Source of the DNA: Sandaracinaceae bacterium | GTDB lineage: Bacteria > Myxococcota_A > Polyangia > Polyangiales > Sandaracinaceae | Direction of reading: 5' to 3' | DNA: 64,000 bases | Assembly: GCA_044220955.1 (NCBI GenBank) | Contig: JBGAQA010000007.1 | Location: forward strand, 47,391 to 111,390 | Shown here: one piece after another, positions 1 to 9,677 of the stretch | Numbering within the stretch: the first letter of the stretch is position 1 | Layout of the letters: every line of letters begins with the position of its first letter | Notes under the pieces: model-generated | Database searches by the model: none | Seen by the model: the letters and a program-made list of their open reading frames with translations, nothing else | Told to the model about the DNA's origin: nothing | Translations under genes and position numbers: made by a program

Positions 1-1
1 C

Positions 2-310
2 GCGGTGATCCGCATGCAGAAGAGCGGCCTGAACGTCGGCCTGATCAACAAGGCGTGCCTCGACACGTACGACGAGGGCACGATGAAGACCCTCGCCGCG
101 GCGCCCTTCGTCCTCGTCGCCGAGGGCTTCAACGTGAAGACGGGTCTCGGCAGCCGCTTCGGCTCCGCGCTCCTGAGGCGCGGCTTCAACGGTCGCTACG
201 ATCACATCGGCGTGCACAAGGAGGGCTCGGGCGGCCTCTGGCAGCAGATGGGCTACCAGGGCCTCGACTCCGCGGGGATCGAGGCCGCCGTCCGCAAGCT
301 CGCGAAGTAG
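2..310 (+). CDS. Transketolase-like protein, C-terminal domain (5'-partial)
   Basis: Frame open from the window edge; FVLVAE...TGLGSRFG and GLDSAGIEAAVRKL resemble transketolase/E1-beta C-terminal domains. Confidence 0.65.
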   Translation, partial: AVIRMQKSGLNVGLINKACLDTYDEGTMKTLAAAPFVLVAEGFNVKTGLGSRFGSALLRRGFNGRYDHIGVHKEGSGGLWQQMGYQGLDSAGIEAAVRKLAK

Positions 311-418
311 CTCGCGCGCCGGGCGACGGAGGCGCGCGAGCCCCCGGCGCCCATCGCGGGGAGCCGCGGTGCCGGAACCAAGCACGCAGACCCGCGCGGC
401 GTCGAGTACGCTTCGGGC

Positions 419-2413
419 GTGAGATCGATCGGCCTCGCTCTGCTCCTCTTCGCGCTCGCGGCGCCTGCCTCGGCGCAGGACTGGTACGACGCCGACGCGC
501 TGGTCGCGGCGCACGTGCGTCCCTCGATGCGCGCCGACCTGCCGGCGCAGCTGGAGGTCGCCGACCTCGCGCAGCTCCCGCTCTACGACCTCGCGCTCTC
601 GATCCCGGACGACATGGCGTCGTACGGCCTGCGCGAGACGATCTGGGTGACGAACACCGAGGCGCGCCCGATGCGCGACGTGGTGCTGCGCGTCTTCGCG
701 AACGTGATCGTGCCGGACGGGTCGTCGCCGCCGGTATCGCTCGTGCGCGGCGCGTGCCTCGACGGAGCGAGCTGCACGGTGAGCGCGACGTCGCGCAGCG
801 TGTGGCGTGTGCTGCCGTCCGCGCCCATCCCGCCAGGCGGGCACCTGCGCATCGAGCTCGACGTGACGGGCGTCGTGCGCGAGCTCGACGCGTCGCAGAT
901 GAGCATGATGGCGCAGGGCCTGCAGTCGATGCAGCAGATGCAGAGCGGGAGCGCCGCGCCCGCGACCGACTATGGCCTGCTCGCGCACGGGCAGGGGATC
1001 GGCAGCTTCGCGAACTTCTTCGCCGTCCTCGCGCGACGCGATGCCGGCGCGTGGGTGACCGAGGACGAGGGCACCACCGGCGATCTCGGGACCGACGCGA
1101 TGGGCCACGTCCGCGCGCGCGTGGTCGTGCCGCGCGCGCTGCACGTCGTGTCGAGCGGCGCCGAGGTCGGGCGGAGGCGCGTGCGCGAGAGCGACGGCGC
1201 GAGCGATCGGCGCGTCGAGATCACCGTGCACGCAGGCGTGATCCGCGACTTCGCGCTGCTCGCGGGCGAGACGCTCGCGGTCGGCTCGCGACAGGTCGGC
1301 GAGACGCTCGTGCGCTCGTTCTACCTGCCGGAGGACGCGGGCAGCGGGCAGAGCGTCCTCGACACGAGCGCGCATGCGCTGGAGATCTTCGAGCAGCGCT
1401 TCGGGCCCTATCCGTACACGGAGCTCGACGTGGTCGAAGCGCCGCTCGTCGGCGGGGCGGGGGGTGTGGAGTTCAGCGCGCTCGTGACGGTCGCCAGCAT
1501 GTTCTACCGGCCTGCGATGGCGGGCGGTGCAGGAGAGCTCGGCGGGCTCGGGGCGCTCATGGGGATGCTGGGCGAGGGCGAGGGCGAGGGCGAGAGCGAG
1601 AGCGAGAGCGAGAGCGAGGGCGAGGGCGAGGGCGAGAGCGGCGAGCTCGACCCGATGCAGGCCTCGATCCTCGAGTTCGTCACCGCGCACGAGGCCGCGC
1701 ACCAGTGGTGGCACGGCATCGTCGGCAGCGACTCGCGCCGGCACCCCTGGGTCGACGAGTCGCTCGCGCAGTACTCCGCGATGCTCTACTTCGAGGACCG
1801 GTACGGCGCCGAGCGCGCGGAGCAGGAAGGCGAGCGTCAGGTCGCCATGAACTTCCACGTGATGCGTCTCGAGCATCACGCCGACGCGCCCGTGGATCGC
1901 GCCGCGAGCGCGTTCAGCTCCCCGATGGACTACGCGGGGCTCGTCTACGGCAAGGGGCCCTACCTCTACCGCGCGTGGCGGCAGGAGCTCGGCGATGCGG
2001 CGTTCTTCGAGCGCCTGCGCGCCTACGTCACGACCTACCGCATGCGCGTGGCGCCCGCGCGCGGCATCGTCGACGTGATGGCCTCGGGAGACCACGCCGC
2101 GCGCGTGCGGGCGCTCGCGCGGCGCTGGCTCGACGAGCGGCACGGCGACGACGACCTCGGGCCCTCCACCATGGACTCGGTGATGAGCCAGATGCTCCCG
2201 CCCGAGATCGCAGCCGACCCGCAGACGCGGGCGATGCTCGGCCAGCTCATGCAGGGGATGATGGGCGGCGAGGGCGGCGGCACGCCCGATCTCGGCTCGC
2301 TGCTCGGCGGCGGTGGCGGCGGCGATGGCGATGGCGAGGAGATCTCGCCCGAGATGATCGAGGCGATCGAGCAGATGATGGGCGGCGGCGCGCTCGGCGG
2401 GCTCGGCGAGTGA
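419..2413 (+). CDS. Secreted M1-family (gluzincin) metallopeptidase
   Basis: Signal peptide; GGVEF (GAMEN-like) motif; HEAAH followed by WVDES third-ligand Glu; downstream VYGKG tyrosine motif. Confidence 0.85.
   Translation: MRSIGLALLLFALAAPASAQDWYDADALVAAHVRPSMRADLPAQLEVADLAQLPLYDLALSIPDDMASYGLRETIWVTNTEARPMRDVVLRVFANVIVPDGSSPPVSLVRGACLDGASCTVSATSRSVWRVLPSAPIPPGGHLRIELDVTGVVRELDASQMSMMAQGLQSMQQMQSGSAAPATDYGLLAHGQGIGSFANFFAVLARRDAGAWVTEDEGTTGDLGTDAMGHVRARVVVPRALHVVSSGAEVGRRRVRESDGASDRRVEITVHAGVIRDFALLAGETLAVGSRQVGETLVRSFYLPEDAGSGQSVLDTSAHALEIFEQRFGPYPYTELDVVEAPLVGGAGGVEFSALVTVASMFYRPAMAGGAGELGGLGALMGMLGEGEGEGESESESESEGEGEGESGELDPMQASILEFVTAHEAAHQWWHGIVGSDSRRHPWVDESLAQYSAMLYFEDRYGAERAEQEGERQVAMNFHVMRLEHHADAPVDRAASAFSSPMDYAGLVYGKGPYLYRAWRQELGDAAFFERLRAYVTTYRMRVAPARGIVDVMASGDHAARVRALARRWLDERHGDDDLGPSTMDSVMSQMLPPEIAADPQTRAMLGQLMQGMMGGEGGGTPDLGSLLGGGGGGDGDGEEISPEMIEAIEQMMGGGALGGLGE
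1571..1636 (+). repeat. In-frame hexamer tandem repeat (RGCGAG)x11 encoding GE/SE
   Basis: (GGCGAG)4(AGCGAG)4(GGCGAG)3 read directly. Confidence 0.95.
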
Positions 2414-2454
2414 GCGCCGCCCGCTGAGCCAGGCTCGCCGTTCCCGAGAGCGCG

Positions 2455-2931
2455 CTACGCGGCGGCGCGCGGGTCCTTCGGGCCCTCGACCGTGACGACC
2501 TCGACGCCGTGCTGCTTGAGGTACGCCACGCCGTTGTCGCCGAGGTAGCCGCCCTCGACGACGAGCACGCGCGTGATGCCCGCGTGGTGAATGAGCTTGC
2601 TGCACATGATGCAGGGCTCGCCCGTGACGATGAGCCAGGCGCCGCGACACGCGACACCGCTCGCCGCCGCGTTGCAGATGACGTTCATCTCGGCGTGATG
2701 GCAGCCGATCTCGATGCGCGTGCCGCTCGGGATCTTCATCGTGTCGCGCAGGCAGGCGTCGCCGCCGCAGAGCGTGCCGCCGCCGCGCGGCGCGCCGTTG
2801 TAGCCGTCCATCAGGATCACGTTGCGATCCGGATCGAGGAGCAGCGCGCCGAACTTCCGACGCGGGCAGTTGGACGCCTCGGCGAGCGCGAGGCACTGCG
2901 CGATGCGGATGCGAACGTGCTTGTCCTTCAT
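2455..2931 (-). CDS. dCMP deaminase family (ComEB-like) zinc deaminase
   Basis: SNCPRRKFGA, GYNGAPRG, HAEMN and PCIMC motifs; ATG at 2931. Confidence 0.9.
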   Translation of the reverse strand: MKDKHVRIRIAQCLALAEASNCPRRKFGALLLDPDRNVILMDGYNGAPRGGGTLCGGDACLRDTMKIPSGTRIEIGCHHAEMNVICNAAASGVACRGAWLIVTGEPCIMCSKLIHHAGITRVLVVEGGYLGDNGVAYLKQHGVEVVTVEGPKDPRAAA

Positions 2932-2969
2932 CCCCGAAGCAGACCGCACGCGCGCGATCCGGTCAACGC

Positions 2970-4778
2970 CTACGCGAGCCGGCCCGCGTCGAGCGCGAGC
3001 GCGTGGAGCGCAGCCGCAGCGCGCGCTCGAGAGCGCAGGGATCGGTCGGCTCGCGCGAGCCCGCGCGCCAGCACCCGAGCGGCCGCCTCGAACGCGGCGA
3101 TGCGGGTCAACGCCTCGCGCGCATCCGCGATGTCGAGGGCGCCCGTCCGCGCGCGCTCGGCGACGTCGTGCAGCGTGTTCACGTCGGCCGCGAACCGGAG
3201 GCTCGGCTCGAGGGCGACCCCGTAGGCGAAGCCGCTCGCGGCGAGCACGCTCGAGCCGCGGTCCGCATCGCCCAGGCGATGGAGGGCCAGCCCGAGCCAG
3301 CGGCGCGCGAGCAGGCCCGGGAGCGGATCACGCGCGATGGCGTCGTGCACCGCCGGGTGATCGAGCGTCGCCATCACGTCGCCCCAAGCCTCCGCGAATG
3401 CGATCGCGCCACCGAGCGAGGTCCGCACCCACGCTTCCTTCGGCTGGCCGCGAAGACCGTCCGCCGCACACTCGGCCAGCGCCGCGGCCGCGTGGGCCCT
3501 CGCGTCCTCGATGCGCCCGACGCGCCCGAGCGCCTCGACGAGGTACGCGCGGCTGCGCGCGGCGTGAGCCGGCGTTCTCTCGATGGTGATCGCGAGCGCC
3601 TCCTCCAGCGGTGCGAGCGCGGCCTCGTCGCGACCCCGGGCCATCAACACCAGGCCCTCGACACCGAGCGCCTTGAGCAGGTCGCCGCGCAGCCTCGCGC
3701 GTCGCGCGATCGCGACGGCGTGCTTCGCAGCGCCCGTGGCTTCGACGAGACGTCCCCGGCTGCGCTCGTACATCGCGCGCTGCCGCTCGAGGTGTCCGAG
3801 CGCCTCGTCGGGCACGCCCTCGCGCCCGCGCGGGCTCTCGCAGACCTCGATCGCGAGCTCGATCGCGCGTCCGCTCCCTGCGAGGTCACCGAGGTGTCGT
3901 GATGCGGCTGCGAGCTGTGCGAGCGCGTCGACCCGGAGATCAGGCCGGCCCTCGGGAACGATCGCGATCGCGCGGGTCGTCGCCTCGCGCACCGAGCGCC
4001 AGCGGTACCCGCTCCACCCATCTCGCGCCGCGCGGGCTGCGCACGCGACGAGCGCATCCGGGTCGGTCGCGGCGGTCTCGGTCTCGAGGCAGGCGCGATC
4101 GAGCGCATCGAGCGTCGCCACCGCGGTCACCCCTTCCGCGTCGTGGGCATCGGCGCTTGGGGCGACGACCCGTCGCGCGCCCGCACGCCGGGCCGCCGCG
4201 ATCTTCGAGGCGGCGCTGCCGACGCTGATCACGGCGCTGCCCTCGATGGCGCCGGTGACGACGGTGCCCGCCCTCACGGGGCGGTCGGAGAACAGCGAGA
4301 GCGCCGACACGAAGCACGCTGCGCCGAGCGAGCGACCGTCGATGCGGGCGCGCGCGAGCGCGCTCGGCGAGCAAGGCACGAAGCGGTAGCGGCGCGCGTC
4401 GGGACGCGCCGCGAGCCGGCCTGCGGCTGCGGCGATCGCCTCGCGGCACGCGGCGTCGGCCTCCGCGTCGAGCGCGACCCGGCCCTCGACGGGCTCGAAT
4501 GCGACCTCGAAGAGCCGGACCACGACGGATCCGTCCTCGGCGACGAGCGGCACGCCGACCGCGTGCGGGGGACGCGGGCGCCGCGCGGCCTCGACGATCT
4601 CGCGCGACATGCCCAGCGCGAGAGCCCGCGCGGCCTCTTGCTCGGTGAGCACGCCCGGATCGGCGGCGACCAGCGCGCGCTCGAGCTCCGACCTCGCGAA
4701 GCGCTTCGCGGCCACGCCCTGCGCCGCGGCGAGCCGGTCGAGCCACGGTGCGACCGAGCCGTCGAGCAGCGCGGCCAC
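2970..4778 (-). CDS. Lon-like (S16) Ser-Lys protease domain fused to C-terminal TPR-like helical repeats, no ATPase
   Basis: IDGRSLG...VVTGAI...SVGSAASKIAAARRAG matches the Lon proteolytic domain pattern; Ala/Leu-rich helical repeats follow. Confidence 0.65.
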   Translation of the reverse strand: MAALLDGSVAPWLDRLAAAQGVAAKRFARSELERALVAADPGVLTEQEAARALALGMSREIVEAARRPRPPHAVGVPLVAEDGSVVVRLFEVAFEPVEGRVALDAEADAACREAIAAAAGRLAARPDARRYRFVPCSPSALARARIDGRSLGAACFVSALSLFSDRPVRAGTVVTGAIEGSAVISVGSAASKIAAARRAGARRVVAPSADAHDAEGVTAVATLDALDRACLETETAATDPDALVACAARAARDGWSGYRWRSVREATTRAIAIVPEGRPDLRVDALAQLAAASRHLGDLAGSGRAIELAIEVCESPRGREGVPDEALGHLERQRAMYERSRGRLVEATGAAKHAVAIARRARLRGDLLKALGVEGLVLMARGRDEAALAPLEEALAITIERTPAHAARSRAYLVEALGRVGRIEDARAHAAAALAECAADGLRGQPKEAWVRTSLGGAIAFAEAWGDVMATLDHPAVHDAIARDPLPGLLARRWLGLALHRLGDADRGSSVLAASGFAYGVALEPSLRFAADVNTLHDVAERARTGALDIADAREALTRIAAFEAAARVLARGLARADRSLRSRARAAAALHALALDAGRLA

Positions 4779-4784
4779 CGGCGC

Positions 4785-5114
4785 TCAGGTCAGCAGCTGC
4801 TCGAGCAGCGCGAAGTTCTCGCGCTCTTCTTCCGAGATCGTGCCGTCGGCCGCGATCACCTCGCGCGCCGCGTTCAGGAAGAGCGAGCGGTGCGCATGCG
4901 GCACCGCGGCGGGATCGACCTCTTCCGCGCGCGGCGGGAGCTCGAGCCACTTCTCGACCTGCTTGGCCTCGTCGGCGTCGAGGTGCAGCTTCTTCACGAG
5001 CTTGTGCACGAAGCGCCGCTCCTGATCGGCGATCTCGAGGTCCGCCCACGCGAAGGAGCAGACGAACTTCATCAGCTGGAGGCGCTCGGCCTTCGGGAGC
5101 TTTTCGAGCTTCAT
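4785..5114 (-). CDS. TerB-family (tellurite resistance-like) protein
   Basis: AWADLEIADQE and VIAADGTISEEE paired motifs. Confidence 0.85.
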   Translation of the reverse strand: MKLEKLPKAERLQLMKFVCSFAWADLEIADQERRFVHKLVKKLHLDADEAKQVEKWLELPPRAEEVDPAAVPHAHRSLFLNAAREVIAADGTISEEERENFALLEQLLT

Positions 5115-5142
5115 GGCGCGCGCAGGATAACCGATCTCGAGC

Positions 5143-5439
5143 TCACTCGGGCTCGACGACTTCGAGGACCAGGTTGCCCTCGCCCTGGACCTGGATCTGG
5201 CAGCAGAGCCGCACGTCCTTGCCGTCGCCGAAGACCTCCAGCACGTCGAGCTCGTCGTCCTGCGCCTTGCTGAGCAGGGGCATGCCCTCCTTCACGCGGA
5301 CGCGGCACGTCCCGCAGCTCGCCGAGCGGCAGGAGAAGGGCACCTCGGACTCGGGGTGCTCGTCGCACACGTCGACGAGCGCGGAGCCGACCTTGACGGT
5401 GCACGAGTAGCCGGACGGGAGGAAGCGGACGTTCGCCAT
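5143..5439 (-). CDS. 2Fe-2S ferredoxin
   Basis: FSCRSASCGTC...RLCCQ; ATG at 5439 (the upstream part of the track ORF is spurious). Confidence 0.92.
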   Translation of the reverse strand: MANVRFLPSGYSCTVKVGSALVDVCDEHPESEVPFSCRSASCGTCRVRVKEGMPLLSKAQDDELDVLEVFGDGKDVRLCCQIQVQGEGNLVLEVVEPE

Positions 5440-5576
5440 GGCGGGCGCGGGTATACGCGCGCGGCGTGCTGCGTCAACTCGCGTCCGGCTCGGTGCAGAC
5501 ACAGCGCGGCACAGATCCCCGTGGCACCGGCCGTGCACCCCGTTCACGGACTTGCTTGGAGAAGGGGAGGTGCGCG

Positions 5577-7166
5577 ATGGGCTCACGAGGTGCGTGTGCG
5601 GCGCTCGCGATGGGGATGTGGTCGACGGCGTGCTCGATGGGGGCGTCGACCCGCGCGGTGGACGCGGGTGCGATCGCGCTCTGGGACGCGGGGAGCGCAC
5701 GTGATGGTGGGAGCGCGCCGTTCCGGCCGGACTCCGGAGCCGACGCGGGCCGCGCGAGCGACGCCGCGAGCGTGCCCGCCAGCGACGCCGGCACCGCGCC
5801 GGCGGACTCCGGTCCACTCGTGGACGCGAACGTCGACCGCTGCGCAGCGCGCGACACGATGGAGCCGACCGTCCTCTATCTCTCGGCGGACGACTCGAAC
5901 TCGATGGCGTCACCCGTCATCGCACGCTCGATGCTCGCGGTGCGCTCGTTCCCGCCCTCGTCCGTGCTCCGGACCTACGAGGCCCTCAACTACTACGACG
6001 TGCCGTACCCATTCCCCGAGGCCGACCACGCGAACGTCGTGCCCGAGCTTCGCTGGCACGATCGTGACGCGGGCGAGCTCACCCTGCAGATCGGCGTGCA
6101 GGCCGCGCCCCGCACGACGCCGCAGGCGCGCGTGATCACCTTCGTGCTCGACCGCAGCGGCTCGATGTCCGGCGCACCGATCGAGCGCGAGCGCGAGGTC
6201 GTGCGCGCGCTCGCCCACGTGCTGAGCGCGGGGGACGTCGTGTCGTGGGTCGAGTGGAACACCGAGCGGACCGTGCGTCTCGAGGGCCACGTCGTGAGCG
6301 GGCCCGACGACGAGACGATCCTCGGCCTCGCGTCCTCGCTCGCAGCCGACGGCGGCACCGACGTCGACGGCGGCCTCCGCTACGGCTACGAGCTCGCGCA
6401 GGCCTACTACGATCCGACGCGGCTGAACCGGGTCGTGCTGGTGAGCGACGGCATCGCCAACGCGGGCAACACGTCCGTCGCGGTCATCGCGAGCCACGCG
6501 CAGGACGCCGAGACGGACGGCATCTACCTCGTCGGCGTCGGCGTCGGGGCAGGGTTCAACGACACGCTGATGAACGCCGTGACCGATGCGGGCCGCGGCG
6601 CCTACGTGTACGTGGACAGCCTCGCCGAGGCGCACGCCATCTTCGAGGAGCGCTTCGCCGAGACGATGGACGTGGGCCTGCTCGCCGTGCGCGTCGAGGT
6701 GACCCTGCCCTGGTACATGGCCATCCGCGAGTTCCACGGCGAGGAGTACTCGTCCGATCCCGCGGAGGTTCGACCGCAGCACCTCTCTCCGGGCGACGCG
6801 ATGGTGTTCCACCAGACGATCCAGGCGTGCGACCCGACGCTCGTCGATCTCGCCGACCCGATCCGCGTCCGCGCGACGTACACGCGGCCCACCGGGCGCG
6901 TGACGGCGGAGGACTCGATGCAGTCGACGCTCGGAGAGCTGCTCGCGGCGCCGGACGTGGGCCTCGTTCGAGGCGACGCGATCGTCGCGTACGGGGAGGC
7001 GCTCGCCGCGCTCGCGAGGCGACGCGAGCACTGGCTGCGGCCGGGCGAGGACGTGCCCGCGCGGGTCGCCGACGCGATGGCTCGGATCGACGCGGCGCTC
7101 GCGATCCCCGCGAACGCGGACCTCGCGGAGCTCCGCGACATGCTCGACGTGGCGCGCTCGCTCTGA
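5577..7166 (+). CDS. vWA domain lipoprotein (YfbK-like)
   Basis: GGGGAGG SD before ATG 5577; STAC lipobox-like; DRSGSM MIDAS, GGT and LVSDGIAN motifs. Confidence 0.85.
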   Translation: MGSRGACAALAMGMWSTACSMGASTRAVDAGAIALWDAGSARDGGSAPFRPDSGADAGRASDAASVPASDAGTAPADSGPLVDANVDRCAARDTMEPTVLYLSADDSNSMASPVIARSMLAVRSFPPSSVLRTYEALNYYDVPYPFPEADHANVVPELRWHDRDAGELTLQIGVQAAPRTTPQARVITFVLDRSGSMSGAPIEREREVVRALAHVLSAGDVVSWVEWNTERTVRLEGHVVSGPDDETILGLASSLAADGGTDVDGGLRYGYELAQAYYDPTRLNRVVLVSDGIANAGNTSVAVIASHAQDAETDGIYLVGVGVGAGFNDTLMNAVTDAGRGAYVYVDSLAEAHAIFEERFAETMDVGLLAVRVEVTLPWYMAIREFHGEEYSSDPAEVRPQHLSPGDAMVFHQTIQACDPTLVDLADPIRVRATYTRPTGRVTAEDSMQSTLGELLAAPDVGLVRGDAIVAYGEALAALARRREHWLRPGEDVPARVADAMARIDAALAIPANADLAELRDMLDVARSL

Positions 7167-7215
7167 GCGATTGCGCTCGCCGGGAACCTCCGGCCATCCT
7201 CGGGGTCGACGACCC

Positions 7216-7404
7216 ATGGCCGACCTCGAGGAGCACGCGATCCAGCGCGACAAGCGCTGGGTCTTCCGGCTGGTGGTGACGCTCGTGCTCGCCGCCGTGG
7301 CAGGGCTCTGGATCGCGAGTCACCTCACGAGCAGCTCGACCGGGAGCTGCGCCGCTTCGCTCTTCGGCGAGGCCGCCCCGGCGGCGGCCGACCCCGTCCA
7401 CTGA
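7216..7404 (+). CDS. Small single-TM hypothetical protein
   Basis: ATG at 7216, one hydrophobic helix, GC3-rich codons; fills the intergenic gap. Confidence 0.55.
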   Translation: MADLEEHAIQRDKRWVFRLVVTLVLAAVAGLWIASHLTSSSTGSCAASLFGEAAPAAADPVH

Positions 7405-7410
7405 CGAGGG

Positions 7411-7707
7411 TCACGGGGCGACGGGGTCGGCGATGCAGTGGGCCAAGACCGCGCGATCGGGGCAGACCACCTGGTTGCTGGTGTCGCACTGCGCCACGGT
7501 TCCGCCGACGAGCACGTACACGCCGGCGCCGTTCATCTCGTAGCGCGCCACGTCACCGGGGGCGTCGCACGCGGGCGTGCGGTTCGGGTCGTGACAGAGG
7601 GGGAGACCCCGGCCCGTCGGATCGACGGGCGTCGTGCACGCGTAGGGCGGCGGCGAAGCGCAGCCCAGGGCCGTCACGAGCCAGAGCAGGGTGGGCATGG
7701 CGCGCAT
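7411..7707 (-). CDS. Small Cys-rich lipoprotein
   Basis: ALGC lipobox followed by six further Cys. Confidence 0.65.
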   Translation of the reverse strand: MRAMPTLLWLVTALGCASPPPYACTTPVDPTGRGLPLCHDPNRTPACDAPGDVARYEMNGAGVYVLVGGTVAQCDTSNQVVCPDRAVLAHCIADPVAP

Positions 7708-7717
7708 CGACGCGAGC

Positions 7718-9670
7718 TTACGCGGGCGCGGAGAAGAATGCCTCGACCGCGGCGCGATCCCGCGTCCGAGGCACGGGCGGCAGGCTCTCGAGGAAGCGCT
7801 GGCCGTATCCCTTCTCGACGATCCGCGCGTCGAGGATCGCGACGACCCCCCGGTCCTCGCGCGAGCGGACGAGGCGCCCGAACCCCTGCTTCAGGGCGAG
7901 GGCCGCCGCCGGAACGAGGTACTCCATGAAGGGATCGCGGCCGGCGTCGCCGAGCTTGCGCGTGCGGGCCTCGACGAGCGGATCGCTCGGTACGTCGAAG
8001 GGAAGCCGGTCCACGATCACGAGGCGCAGCGCCGAGCCCGGTACGTCCACGCCCTCCCAGAAGCTCTGCGTGGCGAAGAGCACCCCGTTGCCGGCGGCCC
8101 GGAACCAGTCGAGGAGCACGCCGCGGGGCGCATCACCCTGCGTGCGCGCGGCGATTCCGGACGACCTCAAGGGCCCGCTCAGGGCTCGGCCGAGGTCGTT
8201 CATCGACGCCTTCGAGGTGCAGAGCACGAGCGCGCCGCCCCTCGACGCCCGAACGAGCGCGAGGACCTCGTCTCGAGCCGCCTTCGCGAACTCGGGCCCC
8301 CGCCGGTCCGGCATCTCCGGAAGGTACAAGAGAGCCTGCCGCGCCCAGTCGAACGGCGACGGCACGATCGCTTCGTCCACCTCGAAGTCGATGCCCAGCC
8401 GCGAGCGTACGAACTCGAAGTGGCCACCGGTGGTCAGGGTCGCGCTCGTGAGGACGACCGCCCGGTGCTCGCCGAGCACCTCGCGCCGGAAGATGGCCGA
8501 CACGTCGACCGGCGTCGCCCCGACGGCCACCGAGCGACCCTCACGCGCCGTCCAGCCCACGCGCGTCCCCGAGGCGAGGTCGTCGATCGCGCCGATGGCG
8601 CTCCGCACCCGATCGCCTCTGCGTGCCAGCTGAGCGATCGCCTCCCCCTCGTACACCAGCGCGCGGCAGCGCTCCGAGAGCGCCTCCACCGCCGCATCGA
8701 GCGCGTAGAGCGCGCCCTTGGCGGCGGGTGATCCGAGATCCGGCGCGAGCGCCGCGCGCCCCCCGTCGCTGGCCCGCGGCACCAGATCGAAGAAGTCGGA
8801 CGCCCGCACGCGCAGCGTCGAGACGGCGCGCTCCGCGGCGAGGTCCATCGCGCCCGCGGCCGTCAGCGCGTGGTCCGCGTCGCGCGCGAGCGACTCGAGG
8901 CGCCCGAGCGAGATCGACGCGCCGAAGAACTGGGCACAGACGTCCTCGATCTGATGCGCCTCGTCGAAGATCACGGCGTCGTAGTCCGGGAGCACCGACG
9001 CGACGACTCGCCCCGCGCTCGCCCGTGCCTCGGCACGCAGCGCGAGGTCCGCGAAGAAGAGGTGGTGGTTCACCACCACGATCTTGGCCTGCTCGGCGCG
9101 CCGCCGCGCCGCGGTGACGAAGCACTCGTCGTGGTAAGGGCAGCGCGGTCCGATGCGCGTCTCGCTGCTGCTCGCCACGAGCTGGACGAGCGCGTCGTCC
9201 TCCGCGAGCTCGGCCAGCTCGCGCAGCTCGCCGGTCGTCGTCGACTCCACGAGCCGGTCGAACATCGGCAGCGCGCGCGCGATCGCGCGATCGGTCACGG
9301 CGTCGCTGCTCCGCTTGAGCTCCGCGTAGCGTCGCCGGCACACGTAGCTCGGCAGGCCCTTCAGCACCGCGAGAGAGACCTCCTCTCCGAGCGCACGTGC
9401 GAGCTGCGGCGCATCGCGCTCCGCGATCTGGTCTTGCAGGGTCTTGGTCCCCGTCGAGACGACGACCTTCTTGCCCGAGAGGATGGCCGGCACGAGGTAC
9501 GCGAACGTCTTGCCGGTGCCCGTGCCCGCCTCGATCAGCGCCACGCCGTCGTGCGCGAGGCAGGCCTCGACGAGCGCCGCCATCTCGAGCTGTCCCTCGC
9601 GGAGCTCGTGCTTGTCGCGGGTCCGTGCGAGCGGGCCCTCGGCGCCCAGGACCTCGGCTGCCTTCACCAC
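7718..9670 (-). CDS. ATP-dependent DNA helicase, DinG/YoaA family
   Basis: EAGTGTGKT, Fe-S Cys, VVNHHL, IFDEAHQ, TSATL, FWEGVDV, QGFGRLVRS; GTG start near 9670. Confidence 0.93.
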   Translation of the reverse strand: MVKAAEVLGAEGPLARTRDKHELREGQLEMAALVEACLAHDGVALIEAGTGTGKTFAYLVPAILSGKKVVVSTGTKTLQDQIAERDAPQLARALGEEVSLAVLKGLPSYVCRRRYAELKRSSDAVTDRAIARALPMFDRLVESTTTGELRELAELAEDDALVQLVASSSETRIGPRCPYHDECFVTAARRRAEQAKIVVVNHHLFFADLALRAEARASAGRVVASVLPDYDAVIFDEAHQIEDVCAQFFGASISLGRLESLARDADHALTAAGAMDLAAERAVSTLRVRASDFFDLVPRASDGGRAALAPDLGSPAAKGALYALDAAVEALSERCRALVYEGEAIAQLARRGDRVRSAIGAIDDLASGTRVGWTAREGRSVAVGATPVDVSAIFRREVLGEHRAVVLTSATLTTGGHFEFVRSRLGIDFEVDEAIVPSPFDWARQALLYLPEMPDRRGPEFAKAARDEVLALVRASRGGALVLCTSKASMNDLGRALSGPLRSSGIAARTQGDAPRGVLLDWFRAAGNGVLFATQSFWEGVDVPGSALRLVIVDRLPFDVPSDPLVEARTRKLGDAGRDPFMEYLVPAAALALKQGFGRLVRSREDRGVVAILDARIVEKGYGQRFLESLPPVPRTRDRAAVEAFFSAPA

Positions 9671-9677
9671 CCTGCGC

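Noticed and set aside
7718..9670. DinG as a type IV CRISPR or defence-associated helicase
   Set aside because: Ordinary YoaA/DinG with Fe-S cysteines in a housekeeping context; no cas genes
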